NCBI RefSeq assembly: GCF_006345805.1
Contig: NW_021833112.1
Location: 1 to 60,118 of the forward strand
DNA from: Octopus sinensis
Taxonomy: Eukaryota
Direction of reading: 5' to 3'
DNA: 60,118 nucleotides
Part shown: in pieces, positions 39,463-53,188 of the stretch
How positions within the stretch are numbered: the first letter of the stretch is position 1
Layout of the letters: each line of letters starts with the position of its first letter
Program-made: the position numbers and the translations under genes
Notes under the pieces: model-generated
Seen by the model: the letters and a program-made list of their open reading frames with translations, nothing else
Told to the model about the DNA's origin: nothing
Database searches by the model: none

Positions 39463-39931
39463 ACCAGCCAGTGTGGTGTTGCTGAATCGACGCTGATTAA
39501 ATTTACATCACACACTTTATTGTTACTTCATTTGAATGTGTCTCTCATTTCTCCTCTTCTCTATATCTCTTGCTCTCTGACAGTCTCTGCGTGAGCGTGC
39601 GTGAATATATTTTCCTTTATGCGTATGAGGAGAGAGAAATTGTACTATCCTTGCCTCACACTATCTCTCCCCCACACTGTAAATTGTAATATCTCTCCCT
39701 CCCACTCTCTTTCATCCACATTCTCTTCCCCTCTTTCTGTCACTATATCTACCTCATTGTGTATGTTTCTGCACGCGTAGGAATACGTGCTTCTAGTGCC
39801 AGGAGGTACCGTCACGAAAACAAGTTCAATATCGAGTTAAATATGTTAAATCACCAGCGTCGAAGCAGCTGCGCCCAATTGTCTCATTCCATTCTATCCT
39901 ACCTCAACTGTTTTAAAAAATTATTCTTTAC

Positions 39932-40340
39932 ATAGGCGCAGGAGTGGCTGTGTAGTAAGTAGCTTGCTAACCAACAACATGGTTCCGGGTTCAGTCCCAA
40001 TGCGTGGTGCCTTGGGTAAGTGTCTTCTACTACGGCCTCGGGCCGACCAAAGCCTTGTGAGTGGATTTGATAGACGGAAACTAAAAGAAGCCCGTCGTAT
40101 ATATGTATATATATATGTGTGTGTGTTTCTGTGTCTGTGTTTGTCCCCCGCCCTAACATCGCCTGACAACCGATGCTGGTGTGTTTACGTCCCTATAACA
40201 TAGCGGTTCGGCCAAAGAGACCGATGGAATAAGTACTAGGCTTACAAAGAATAAATCCTGTGGTCGATTTGCTCTACTAAAGGCGGTGCTATCGCATCGT
40301 CACAGTAAATTGACTGAAACAAGTAAAAGAGTAAAAAAGT
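39932..40340 (+). mobile_element. SINE family D, full length
   Basis: ATAGGCGCAGGAGTGGCTGTG head, GGGTTCAGTCCC B-box-like, internal (TA)/(TG)n, tail (GTAAAAGA)n. Confidence 0.9.
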
Positions 40341-40559
40341 ACATTACAATTTTATTATGATGAAATCGAAATTCCTGCCTGTGATCGATTATATATTCAT
40401 AACTGCGATGTTATTTTTGGCATTCAGCTCATATTTTTAATATTAAGCTGTCTCTTCGCTGGTGGTAATATTTTTCTTAATTCCGTATCATATATCTTAT
40501 CAGTTTTGTCTGCTCCAAAGACCTTGTCTTAGTTATTCTGCAAAACTTCTATTCATTAT

Positions 40560-41300
40560 CAAAATTTAAATTCATATTTTTAAAAAAGAAATTTGCATCG
40601 TTTTCGGTGTATCTTTGGCGCATCTCTCTATTCCCGTATTCAAGTTAATATTACAGATCCTTCTTTCAGTTTAATTGGTCTCTTTTTTTATTACCTTTTG
40701 ATATTGTTTGAAATAGTTGAGATACAAGGAACGGCAGATAATTTAATCATACTCATCCATAATAATTAGTTGTATGATTGCTAATGGCGTCGGATCTAAT
40801 CACAAACCTGAAGATGATAAGGAGTCTGTATAGCAAACTGTATAGCAAACTGTATAGCAAAAAAAGTTTGCGGTTGGATATAAAATTGGTTTTTATCACC
40901 TCTCTGCCTTGGAGTTTTACATTTTGATGTGGCATAGTATTTATATTTGTCAAATATGTGAAAGGATTGCTTTTGTGTGAATATTCCTTACAAGTTGTAG
41001 TATTACGTCTTCAAACGGTATTTTATGATAAAAAATATAGTTAAACTCTCGTGTGTTCTGCTGGTGATATTCCATTTCTGTTGCGTTTATGAATAGCTAT
41101 TCTTTATGTACATTAATCAATTTTCAACACACATTCTCTTACCCATATAATATCTTATTATTGTAAGCAACGAACATCTTGAATATTACAGATATCTAGT
41201 TTTTCTATAATTTTAGTAAACATGTCAGATTTTGTGGTCACTGTTGCTATTGTGGTTTTTTTTTCTTTTTAACAAAATAGTTCACCCACCAGAAACCGAA
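40560..41300 (-). mobile_element. Possible highly decayed R4/Dong-like RT
   Basis: Minus-strand fragments LIIMDE..IKLSA and ICNINLNTGIERCAK loosely echo HLLYMDDLKL and DIxMxFGxEKCA. Confidence 0.3.
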
Positions 41301-41565
41301 CGGATATTGATCCGTTCGTGTAATAATTCAATAAGCTTTCATTCCTAGTTTTACCAGAAATCTTGGCAATACTGGATAATATGCTCTCAAATACATATTA
41401 TTTCAGAAAAGCTAAAGTTCATATACGCATAGGTTGAACGTTTCTAGTCATACATAGTTTTGATGAGTAACGGACTCGGAAATAAAGAAACAAGAATGAA
41501 AAGAACACTAGCAACAAAGATGAAAATCACAGCAGTGGTCACATTGACAACAACAACAACAACGT

Positions 41566-42115
41566 GTGGAGGCGCAATGACCCAGTGGTTAGGGCAGCGG
41601 ACTCGCGGTCGTAAGATCGCGGTTTCGATTCCCACACCGGACATTATGAGTATTTATTGCGCAAAAACACCTAAGGTCTACGAGGCTCCTGCGCGGGGTG
41701 GTGGTGAATCCCGCTGTACACTTTCACCACTACTTTCTCTCACTCTTTCTTCCTACTTCTGCCACAAAGCAGAAGAACCATGGTGTAACCATCTATGGTG
41801 TGGTAAAACTTTCAGACCCTAGTCTAGATTGCGAATCCTCTGTACCCCAGGATGGGTCAGCTCTCCACCCGTTAAAAAGCCACCGTTTACAGAATGAGGA
41901 TAACAACGGAGCCTTCACGCCCGTGCAACCACCAGTCTATCGCGTGTGGTGGGAGGATCCTCAAGTTGCCACACACATTCTTATCAGCTTAGAGTAGGCT
42001 CGAATTAGAGATTATTCTTTGTGGCTAATGGCATGAGGCCTGAGAAGAAGAAGAAGAAGAAGAAGAAGAAGAAGAAGAGAAGAAGAAGAAGAAGAAGAAG
42101 AAGAAGAAGAAGAAG
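41566..42115 (+). mobile_element. Composite SINE, second copy
   Basis: Homologous to 29545-30020; long (AAG)n tail. Confidence 0.85.
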
Positions 42116-43351
42116 AAAACAAAAGCGTTTCAAAATTTATGAAGTATTCTTGTCCTTGCGCTACAGACTTCAAGAATTTCTTACAAATGAAAATAATATG
42201 CAAGCAATAGTGTTGCATTAATGTAATGCTAGATATAGCTTAAAGAAAGGCTGAATAGTCATGGATGGAATGACTTTGATGATAGGTTTTTACCCCGCGG
42301 AGTTTTGACTAGCAGCTAAGCCACAACAACGATAGCGCAACATCTCCGGTTGTATTGGCCAAGCTCAGCATAAACTTTGCCTCGAAAATTTGTTTCTTTG
42401 ATTAAACCAGCACGTGGCGGTTGTTAGGCAACTGTAACAATCCAGTTTACGATAAACCGATCACACAACAAGTTAATCCTCACCAAGTGGATATCTTATT
42501 TAATTATCAGCTATTCATCTAAGTCTCTATCATTACGTCTGCGTATTCTTTGATCAAAAGTCCATATACTGTATGAATACACGAATGTAGAAATCTTACG
42601 CTTGATGCTTTATTTTACTTTACATTTTTTATTTTCCAAGTTCGTCACATCTTCTTTCTCTTCAAAGAGAAAGTTAACACAGTCAATCGAACTTGTGCAA
42701 TGTTAGGCTGTAGCGAAAAGAAAGAAGAAGAAGAAAACAAAAGCGTTTCAAAATTTATGAAGTATTCTTGTCCTTGCGCTACAGACTTCAAGAATTTCTT
42801 ACAAATGAAAATAATATGCAAGCAATAGTGTTGCATTATGTAATGCTAGATATAGCTTAAAGAAAGGCTGAATAGTCATGGATGGAATGACTTTGATGAT
42901 AGGTTTTTACCCCGCGGAGTTTTGACTAGCAGCTAAGCCACAACAACGATAGCGCAACATCTCCGGTTGTATTGGCCAAGCTCAGCATAAACTTTGCCTC
43001 GAAAATTTGTTTCTTTGATTAAACCAGCACGTGGCGGTTGTTAGGCAACTGTAACAATCCAGTTTACGATAAACCGATCACACAAACAAGTTAATCCTCA
43101 CCAAGTGGATATCTTATTTAATTATCAGCTATTCATCTAAGTCTCTATCATTACGTCTGCGTATTCTTTGATCAAAAGTCCATATACTGTATGAATACAC
43201 GAATGTAGAAATCTTACGCTTGATGCTTTATTTTACTTTACATTTTTTATTTTCCAAGTTCGTCACATCTTCTTTCTCTTCAAAGAGAAAGTTAACACAG
43301 TCAATCGAACTTGTGCAATGTTAGGCTGTAGCGAAAAGAAAGAAGAAGAAG
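42110..43351. repeat. Tandem duplication, period 618 bp, nearly identical
   Basis: I see only two 1-bp indels between the copies; junctions lie in (AAG)n. Confidence 0.95.
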
Positions 43352-44066
43352 GAGAAAAATAGACAGAATAAGAAAATAACAGAAAGAAAATTGATGAAAG
43401 AAAAATGGCGACACAATGATTGAATTGAAATTTTCCGTAAGCGAAAGGTTAAGTTCGTCATATGTTTATCGTCTGCATATCACCTTTACCACCCAACAAA
43501 GGGTATATTTTTGATTAGCCAGCCAAAGTCATTACATTTCGAAGAAGACAAAATGTCAATACTTTGTAATTACCAGTAATTCAATCAGTGTGTTAGGCTG
43601 GTTCAATTAGTCACGTCCACCTTTACCAGTTGGTTTCATTATCATTTTCCATTAAATTGCCTCCTGTTCCGAAGAGAATTTGTTCAGCTTAGTGCCATTA
43701 TTAACCAGAGATCTCCACTATCTTTCTAGATAAACACTACCTTCAAATATAGACTGGAATGCCGATACCTATGGATATCAAATGTGTAAACAGCATCTGT
43801 AAGCTGGCTGATCTACTGTTGAAAATTAACTACAGATTATTGACTAAATAAGTTTAGAACAGCGGATACAAATATATACGTATAGAATGATTATACGTCT
43901 ATTTGACACACAGTGAGTAGCGTGGACGTGTAAGATATACCAGAGGATCAAGGCAAATGGTGAAGGTCAATTTATACAGGTCTTTTTGAGTACTATGTTT
44001 ACAAAAATGGGTGGTCAAAATCCACGCTACTTAACTGGACATACACAAGAATTTTCAGAAATTTTG

Positions 44067-44178
<112 letters not shown>

Positions 44179-44379
44179 CGTTCTTTCTTGCTTTTGCTCA
44201 GGAACAATTCGTGTTTAGTTAGAGCTTGAATGATTGCCCGATAATACTCAGTATACATACTATTCGAGCGGGAATAATACATTAATAGCCTAAATTTAAA
44301 TCTTGTGTCTATTAATTGATACTTGTCTCTAGCCAGATGGCGTACTCTTCTCTTGTTCTCATCAATAACGTAACTGTAC

Positions 44380-44492
<113 letters not shown>

Positions 44493-44513
44493 GTATGTAT
44501 GTATGTATGTATG

Positions 44514-44547
<34 letters not shown>

Positions 44548-44833
44548 TGTATGTATGTATGTATGTATGTATGTGTGTGTGCGCGCGGGCGCAAGAGCGC
44601 GCATGTGTGCGTGTGTTCGTGCATGAAAGTGTATGCGCATGTGTGCATATTTCAATACATGCTTTGTACGTTAGCATTTGGGAGACATATGAAGTTTCAC
44701 ACTTCCAGGCATGACGGTGTCCTTCAGACTTTAGGCTTCACCACATCAGATGCCACTGACAGAAATGTATTTGGATAGATAGATAAATCTACAGATAGAT
44801 AAACAGATAGCTAGATAGAGAGATGGGTATATA

Positions 44834-45338
44834 TCTATATATATAAAACTCTAGTTGTGTGAGTGTCTGTCCCCTTCGATTTAGATTCCTAACTCCTTCC
44901 ACATTTTGCGGTGCAGTTTAACCAAATTCGGGTATCTTATAGTCGTGATTCATATCGAGCCCGTCTGACTATTAGCGCGCGTCAACGATGAGTCTACGAT
45001 TTTAAAAATAATTTAACATCATTTTTTATTTCATTTTAATGCATAAAATGCATCGTGTGTCGATGGCGGCGGAGTTGGCGTCCACGCTCACAGCTGCACC
45101 TGTTTGCTTCTCACCCTTCCCTCCCTCGTGAAGCTGTGGGGAAGGGAGTGTAAAGAAATCAACGTCGTAATGCGTTGTGAAGGAAACCAGCGTTCTTTTA
45201 GAACAACGACTTCATGGCTTGAAGACACCAAAACAAAAATGGCTAAGAAAGCCCGAATTTATAAGGAAGTAACTCTCTAAAAATGCTTATTAGTTATTTC
45301 CCTTACACACCCCGAGCAACGCCGGGCGATACTGCTAG
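44834..45338 (+). mobile_element. Non-autonomous Helitron-like element
   Basis: 5' TC after A; 3' GC-rich hairpin CCCGAGCAACGCCGGG followed by CTAG. Confidence 0.85.
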
Positions 45339-45735
45339 TCTTTATATATAAAAGTAAGGTTGTGTGTCTGTCTCCTACGATTTAGATTCCTAACTACTCC
45401 CACATTTTGCGGTGCAGTTTAACCAAAACCGGGTGTCTTATAGTCGTGATTCATATCGAGCCCTTCTGGGTATTAGCACGCGTCTACGATGAGCCTACGA
45501 TTTAAAAAAAATACCATAATTTTTTTTCCATTTTAATGCGTTTTTTCGCTATTATATAAGGGAAGTAACTCTCTAAAAATGTCTGCGATGAGTCAACGAT
45601 TTAAAAAAAAAATTACCATCATTTTTTTTCCATTTTTAATGCATTTTTTGCTACTTTTTGGCTATAACTCTCTAAAAATGCTTATATAGTTATTTTCCTT
45701 ACAAAACCCGACCCGAGCACGCCGGGCGATACTGT

Positions 45736-45737
<2 letters not shown>
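45339..45737 (+). mobile_element. Second Helitron-like element, head-to-tail with the first
   Basis: Starts TC immediately after CTAG; shares 5' and 3' ends; internal ~100-bp duplication. Confidence 0.82.
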
Positions 45738-45786
<49 letters not shown>

Positions 45787-45793
45787 AGAGAGG

Positions 45794-45853
<60 letters not shown>

Positions 45854-45857
45854 AAGT

Positions 45858-45906
<49 letters not shown>

Positions 45907-46534
45907 ATAGAGAGAAAGAGAGAGAGAGAAGGACGGAAAAAGAGGGGATCAATCTCGACACTAGTGTGGTGCGATATTTATAGACGTGACAAGTTTCAAA
46001 CGCGAAATTTCATCAGTACTGTACATTTTGCATGAAATGAATGATCGTAGCCGATTGAGGCAACACCTTCAATGAAAAATTCTCTGTTGAATTGAAGGTT
46101 TTTTGTGTTCGTGGTTGGTAATCTGTTTCAGAATCCTTTTGCAAGAGGTGCCCAACGGCACTATATGTATGTAAAAGAGTGTAACTTGCAAGCAGCACTG
46201 GGAAGCCAAATAGGCACTAATCGAAGATCAAGCAAGTACATAGCTCGAAATTGACTTACGGCCATCTGTCTCACGCCGTCATCTCTCTTAGAGCTATCTC
46301 TCTCCCCTCTCTCTCTCTCACTCTCTGTATACATATATACATAAACATACACACACATACACACATATATATATATATATATATAAATATGTATATATGT
46401 ATATATGTATAAATATGTATATATATATGTATATATGTATATATGTATATATATTGTATATATGTATATATGTATAAATATGTATATATATATGTATATA
46501 TATATATATATATATATGCACAAAACATACACAC

Positions 46535-46585
<51 letters not shown>

Positions 46586-46587
<2 letters not shown>

Positions 46588-46985
46588 ATCCAAACAAGAA
46601 AGCACAAAAAAACACAACAATGCGAGGACGTGGAACAAATATAGTATTATTGGACGCTCAGGAAAGAAGGAGTGTTTAAGGTTTCGAGCGGAGGACCTCG
46701 TCGGAAACATAGGAGAAGGAAAAATCCTGAGAAGAGAAGACAGAGGGAAAAAAATCGCCAACGGTACACAAGCGGTCAGAATCCAAACAAGAAAGCACAA
46801 AATAAAAACAAAAACGCGAGGACGTGTAACAAATGTAGTACTATTGGACGCTCTGGAAAGAAGGAAAGAAGGAGGGTTTAACGTTTCGAGCGGAGCTTTT
46901 CGTCGGAAACATAGGTGAAGGAAAGATCCTGAGAAGGGAAGACAGAAGGAAAAAAATCACCAACGGTACACACGCGGTCATATTT
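46586..46985 (-). repeat. Tandem dimer of a ~195-bp hammerhead-bearing repeat
   Basis: Two diverged units, each with CCGACGA-stemII-GAAAC on the minus strand (46674-46708, 46876-46910). Confidence 0.8.
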
Positions 46986-47012
46986 TGAATATATATATAT
47001 ATATATATATAT

Positions 47013-47067
<55 letters not shown>

Positions 47068-48477
47068 CAGAAACAGACATTCAGGCTCAGACACAGAGAG
47101 AAAGAGAGAGCGTGAGATAGAGAGATAAAGTGATGGGTAAATAAATAGATAGACAGCTAGATAGAACGACAGATAGATACAAGATACACATGCATACAGT
47201 ATGGTATTATTTTCGAAAATTTGTAGCGCATCCAGTCAGTTAAAAGTGTAAAGTTGTTATATAAAAGAGGAAACTACACCCATAATAATCTTTGTGAAAT
47301 GTAGCTACCAAAGTGTTCTTAACCGAAGTGTTAGTTCATTTTGTCATTTATTAAGCTGATTAAAAGAACTAGAAAGTGCAGTAAGTTCCTCCGATGCAAT
47401 CGAAGTTTGAATGTGCTCTCGCGATTAGAGAATGACAGAGAAATACAGGGAACAAAATGAAATTCACAGTTAATAGAACCAGTCTTTTACGAATATCAAA
47501 ATTTTATGAACCAACACTGGAACAACTTATGATGTGTCTACCGGTTTGTCCTTCATTTCCACTAAGATGTATGTTGTAAAATGCGGCCATGAAGGAAAAA
47601 TATCGCTCTTGTTATTTACACAGTCACTGGAGGTTATTAAGCTCTTTTAAAAGTTACAATTTTTCAAGCAACATTTTAAAATTTTTTCAAGAAGTGCGGA
47701 ACATCGTTTTGACCGTTAAAATATGGTATGCTCTAAGATAAAATCTTCATTTTGTTGTAGAAACCGATGCTTCAGTTCTTATGATTCCTGATTAGTATCG
47801 AGAGGTCTCTTCTCCGAGTGTCTAGAGGTTGAAAAAATGTTTTTTTTTCCCACGAATATTTGGTGTCTGCCGGGCATAAATTTGCTGATATGTACACACA
47901 GTGAAGAAAACAAACAACTTGCAATGGTATTTGAGAGACGTTATGTAATACACAGGCATCTAGAAATCACAACATAAAATACAGCCGATAAAGGGCTATA
48001 GTGTCCTTGTTTGTTTCCTTTCTGTTTGCTTAATATTTGTCTCTATATAACTGGAGTTTGATATTTCCTTTGTACAAATGTAAATTTTCAACCGTGTGCG
48101 GCAACGTTGGAAAGTTGTGCTTGACAGTTCGGTAACCATTGCTTCGTGGTTAGGAAAAATCTCAATGCAAAACGAAGTTTCCGGTAAGAACAAGAAGAGC
48201 TTTTCCGAGTGTGGCAAAGCGAAACCTGTATTTACAACGTGATTTCATATATATCTATATTTATATATAATATATATATATTATATATATATATATATAT
48301 CTATATATATATATTATTCTCACCAATTATATACTATTATTATTTATTTTGTAATTTACTTAATTATTGGTATATGTTTATCGCATATTTAATGTTTTCC
48401 TATATGGAAATTTAATTATATCATTGTATATCATTGTTGAATTGCTACATGGTGGTTCTTCTTAATTGCTATAGATT

Positions 48478-48526
<49 letters not shown>

Positions 48527-48563
48527 TTATATATATATATGTATGTATGTATGTATTATACCA

Positions 48564-48772
48564 CGAGGGGTGCTAAAAAGTTCTTTAAGGTATTGCGAAA
48601 GGCCCGGTTGGAGGTCCAACCTTCCGAGATCTTTTACAGGTCTTAGAAAATCTGAAGGACGGCTATAATAAATGTGTGAATCTGAGAGGGCATTATGTTG
48701 AATAAAATCATGATTAACTGATGCTCCTGTAACTTCATTTACCTAAAACAAGAAACTTTTCAGCACCCCTAG
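48564..48772 (+). mobile_element. Mariner-derived MITE
   Basis: TIRs CGAGGGGTGCTAAAAAGTT / AACTTTTCAGCACCCCTAG; internal KCVNLRGHYVE* mariner C-terminus. Confidence 0.82.
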
Positions 48773-48791
48773 TATATTTACACGAAGAGAG

Positions 48792-48832
<41 letters not shown>

Positions 48833-50052
48833 TGAGAGAAATAGAGAGAGACGAGGGTACAGAGACAGAAGCAAAACCTATTTGTTACTAATGAACACGT
48901 TCTTTCAGGGTGGTATCAGGTATTATATTTATTTGTCGAATTCTTGAACGGAATTAAACGACGCTCGTTGTATTGTAAGTGGATGGCAATCAGTAGTGAA
49001 ATGGTGATTGAGATATTTTAAGCACCATTATGCTCGGCTCGTTTGTTGAATAAAGGAGAGTTTTGTTATTTATATGTGTAAATTGACATTTTCATTAATT
49101 GAAAGGCATCTAGTCGGCATATATCTTTTATCTAAATGGACTTAATGAAAATTGATCGTTACTCGACGAATCTAATTATTTTCATATTTGGGTATCAATA
49201 TAGTTTGTTTTAAAATCGGACTTCTTCAGAGGTTTTCTTACTGATGCTCTTCAAAAAGTCAAATTAGATTGAAAACACTTTGATAATGAAATTTACCCAA
49301 ACAGATATTACAGATAATGATAGATAAATGAGAATCGTTATTGTAACAAGTATTATAAGTGTAAAAGTAAAATTATACACAATAAACATATAATTAATAC
49401 TAGCTTGATTCAATAAAGCCATCTAGACGAGCCTAGAGAAAACCAGTTATAAAAAAAAAAAATTTCCATTGAATAATTAATCAAAATTAAAACAAAACAT
49501 CTCTAATAAAATATGTTATATAATAAATTCGCAGCCATGAAACACTAGCGAAATTCAATAAGTTCATGTAAACACACATTTCTAACATATTTTTCAATTA
49601 TTTGAAAATCAATTGTAACAGACAGAAAATGTAGCACCACATTAAATAAAAATCGAACACATAAAGAAAGGCAGAAGAAAACAGATGACTCGTATCTTTT
49701 TTTTATATTTATTATATTAAAACCACACCTACTAATCAACTACTGCATCAACAGCAACAATAGTTTGCGGTTTGTCAATAATTCGTAACCAATCACCATA
49801 TTACAAATTCATAAACACAACTACTTACAGATTAAATAGCCGACATTTATCCAACCTTGCAGTCGATTACATCACATCAATCTAATTAACCAATAAAATT
49901 AAATTTCGACAAAATCAATATATTTATAGGTGTTGTTCTTCTGTACAAATGACGGCCTACTTTCTCCGTGAGAATCTAACTTTAGTGAAACACTAAAGCA
50001 GCTGCTGTATTGTTGCTGACACACGTTGTCAGCAATCTTGCTTTATTTGTAA

Positions 50053-50446
50053 CTAGTAGTATCGCCCGGCGTTGCTCGGGTTTGTTTCGACCTTTTAGAA
50101 TTAGAATTTTTGAAAAGTAAAAATTTTGCATTATGTAGCTTGTTATTCTCTTTAAGTAAACCTTTTTCTGCTTGTAATACACCGAAAAATGACAGCACAG
50201 CAGTCAAAAAATCGTAAAAAATAGGGATTTTCATAGAAAAAAAAAGCACATTATTGATGTAAATAATATTTGGTGTGAACATGGTCTGATTTGAATTTTT
50301 TCTTCTATGGAAGGAAGAGCAATCTTTCTTTTATCATATTCTCAATTTTGGTCAACTTGCGCCGCAGGGTCTCGGAGGAGATAGTATTAGTTGAAGGCTA
50401 CCAAACCTGCCATACACAGACAACTTCAGCTTTATATAGAGAGAGA
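50053..50446 (-). mobile_element. Helitron-like element
   Basis: Minus strand TC...CCCGAGCAACGCCGGGCGATACTACTAG; same termini as 44834-45338 but a different interior. Confidence 0.82.
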
Positions 50447-50524
50447 TGTGACAAAATTCATTGTAGCTCCGTCTTAAAGAAATGTTTCGAAATATGTGCA
50501 TGCATGCGTGCATGTATGTATGTA

Positions 50525-51051
50525 TGGGAGGGCATAGCTATTGATCGTAGCAGGTGGAGAAGGATTCTGCACGAGGGGACAGCTACTTTTGAGATATCTC
50601 GGTTTGCGCATGAGAAAGTAAGGAGGGATTCAGAAATAGTATCGCTGTTACACTTCCTGATGGGAAGGGTCTCCCTATGATGCTGACATGCAATGTCTGT
50701 GCAAGACTCTGCCTCAATAAAGCTGGACTCAAGAGTCATCTTCGTAGTCATAAAGCGAGACAGATGAGTGACAACCTGGCCACTGGTGGTGGTGTTACAC
50801 ACCATACTAATCATATTTGTCAGGCATGTGGAATAGAGTGTAATTCGGCAGGAGGACATAAACGACATGTAAAGGTAGATGAAGCCCAATTACAACTACA
50901 GCCGGCTACTACCGGTAAAGGTTTTAGTTGCCAATTTTGTACAAGACATTGTAGATCTTTAGCTGGGCTAAAAAGTCACATTCGATCACAGCACCAATAA
51001 CAGTTAAGCTTCGTGCAATGGCCATACTCGATAACGAGGGGGCAGCCATCA
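50525..51051 (+). mobile_element. RTE-clade LINE 3' end with C-terminal C2H2 zinc fingers
   Basis: WEGIAIDRSRWRRILHEG (RTE motif), frameshift, then three C-x2-C fingers; short 3' UTR; flanked by GCATGTATGTATGTATG on both sides. Confidence 0.85.
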
Positions 51052-52107
51052 TGCATGTATGTATGTATGTATGTATGTATGTATGTATGTATGTATGTAT
51101 GTATGTATGTATGTATGTACATGCATGCATGTATGTTCTCTTCTATTTCTCTAAGATACTGAAGTATTTCTGTGAGATACTGGTTTCTAACTGTTATGTC
51201 GCAATACTATACAGTGGCTGTGTGTGCTACGAAATCCTCGTCGTCACTGTTATGGCGCACGTTCGGATGACCTCTACAACTCTGCTCGCCGACTGCTACT
51301 CTGTTCTAGTCTCGACGTCTAGGCTTCTCCCTCTATATCTACGTATTGGACTAGCCTACTTCATCGTCTGGGGGCGTCCACACAACACTAACAAAGATAC
51401 AAATACCCAGCATCAGAATGTAGATAACAAAAACAAATTCACATTTTAAACTATGGAAAAATCTTGCATATTTTTTACTGTTCCGTTTACAGACCCTGTG
51501 TGGATTAGATGCTTGATTATTTCCTGTAAAGCCTAGCTTATACAGCTTTTTACACAGGCATTTACACACAAAAACGAAGCGCACCAATTATTACTGGTAT
51601 AAATGTGAATTTATTATATGGATATAGAGTCTGGAGGTTTCGAAGTAATTCTTTCATAGTTATCCTCTTTCTCTTCGATTCTCGAAGATATATTCACAAC
51701 AGCATGGTAGTTTAGCTCTCTGATAGTACACACTTCTTGTCCGCCCGAGACCAAAATATCACACTTCTTATGATTTTCCTTGACGTGAGTTTCCATAGGA
51801 ATGTCCTAGCAATATTTCCTATGTTAAGTTTATTCATGATATCTTTCTTTTTTTTTGTCTAATGGCTTTGTATATTGTTTTAGCGACAATTTTATGTCGT
51901 ATAGGGAGGTATCATCTTGATGAGATTTCTGTGAAGCTGCTAAATATATGTTTGATGTTTCCCACAGAAATATGACATAATCTACTTTTTGGTTGCAACT
52001 ACCTCTTCTGGTTATCAGGTATGTCGTTGTAGTCTCCTGCTCCTAGGATGCAAACGTATTTCCTTCAAAATACATAAATGTGTGTGCGTGTATATATATA
52101 TATATAT

Positions 52108-52140
<33 letters not shown>

Positions 52141-52142
52141 GT

Positions 52143-52366
52143 CAATCCAAACATGAACAAGCAAGAAAAGACAACAACGCGAGAACGTGGAATAAGTACT
52201 GATGCTCAGGAAAGGAAATAAAAGAAAGAGGATTTCACGTTTCGAGCGGAGCTCTTCATCAGAAATATAAAGATCGAAAGAAGGGAAACCGGAGAAGGAA
52301 AATCGCCAACGATTACATACACATCTCTCTCTCTCACAAACACACACACATATATATATATAATAT

Positions 52367-52419
<53 letters not shown>

Positions 52420-52612
52420 TGCTAACACATGTGAATCGTTGACGATTTTTTCATCCGTCCCTTCTATTGGAGTTTCCTCTGTCTCCGAAGAAGAGAGTTT
52501 ACTCGAATCGTTAAACTATCATTCTTTTTTCTTTGCTGAGCGGTTGCTAATACATTACACGTACCACGTCCGTGCGTTGTTGTTTTTTTGGTTTGTTCTT
52601 TTGGGATTTACA
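52143..52612. repeat. Inverted pair of the ~195-bp hammerhead-bearing repeat across a (TA)n tract
   Basis: 52143-52320 (minus) and 52430-52612 (plus) are both homologous to 46586-46985. Confidence 0.75.
52232..52266 (-). ncRNA. Hammerhead ribozyme-like motif (minimal type I)
   Basis: ATTT CTGATGA A GAGC-TCC-GCTC GAAACGTG AAAT; cleavage triplet GUG is non-permissive. Confidence 0.65.
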
Positions 52613-52769
52613 TATATATGTATATATATATATATATATTAATAAAAGGAATTCCAACCTTGTCTGATTTTCACGTTTTATTTACAATCTTATAATGATA
52701 TATTATAAGATAATATATTATTGAAATAAAAATAAAATGAATAGTAGAATGTTAAATGTTCATTCTGAT

Positions 52770-52814
52770 TGAACTAGTACTTTCATGCATTGAATTCTGC
52801 AATCTTCGGGTTCA
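52770..52814 (-). ncRNA. Hammerhead ribozyme-like motif
   Basis: TGAAC CCGAAGA T TGCA-loop-TGCA T GAAAGTACTA GTTCA: perfect stem I, palindromic stem III, U4-to-C core variant. Confidence 0.6.
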
Positions 52815-52862
52815 TGTATAGTGGTGACAGTCATGCTTCACAATTTTGACTATATATATATA

Positions 52863-52909
<47 letters not shown>

Positions 52910-53112
52910 AATATTGAAATAAATACGTTCTCTAGTAGTAAGCACTAACCGCAGTGAATTATTACTGCAGCCCTTCGCTTCAGGAATTTCTTAGCGCGCC
53001 AGAACCAAGACATTTGAAATTTTATCCCTGATGTAATCGGTAAAACTAAGCACGTGTCTGTCTTGGCACAGAAAGCTGGGGTTAGTTTTTCAGTTTACAT
53101 TTACAATGAACG

Positions 53113-53188
53113 AATGCACTGATGAAGCACGGACATTTGAATTATGTAAGTAATTCTTTTGTTAAAGGCCGAAACCGAGGTATGCATT
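53113..53188 (+). ncRNA. Hammerhead ribozyme candidate with canonical core
   Basis: AATGCA CTGATGA [long stem II] GAAACC-GA-GGTA TGCATT: 6-bp stem I, stem III ACC/GGT, GUA cleavage triplet. Confidence 0.7.

Noticed and set aside
42021-42221. Protamine-like K/R-rich ORF
   Set aside because: Translation of an (AAG)n SINE tail
47996-48226. Minus-strand 73-aa ORF as an exon
   Set aside because: No recognisable motif or convincing donor site
50677-51000. Stand-alone host C2H2 zinc-finger gene
   Set aside because: Continuous with an RTE motif, has a LINE-like 3' end and duplicated flanks, and lacks TGEKP linkers
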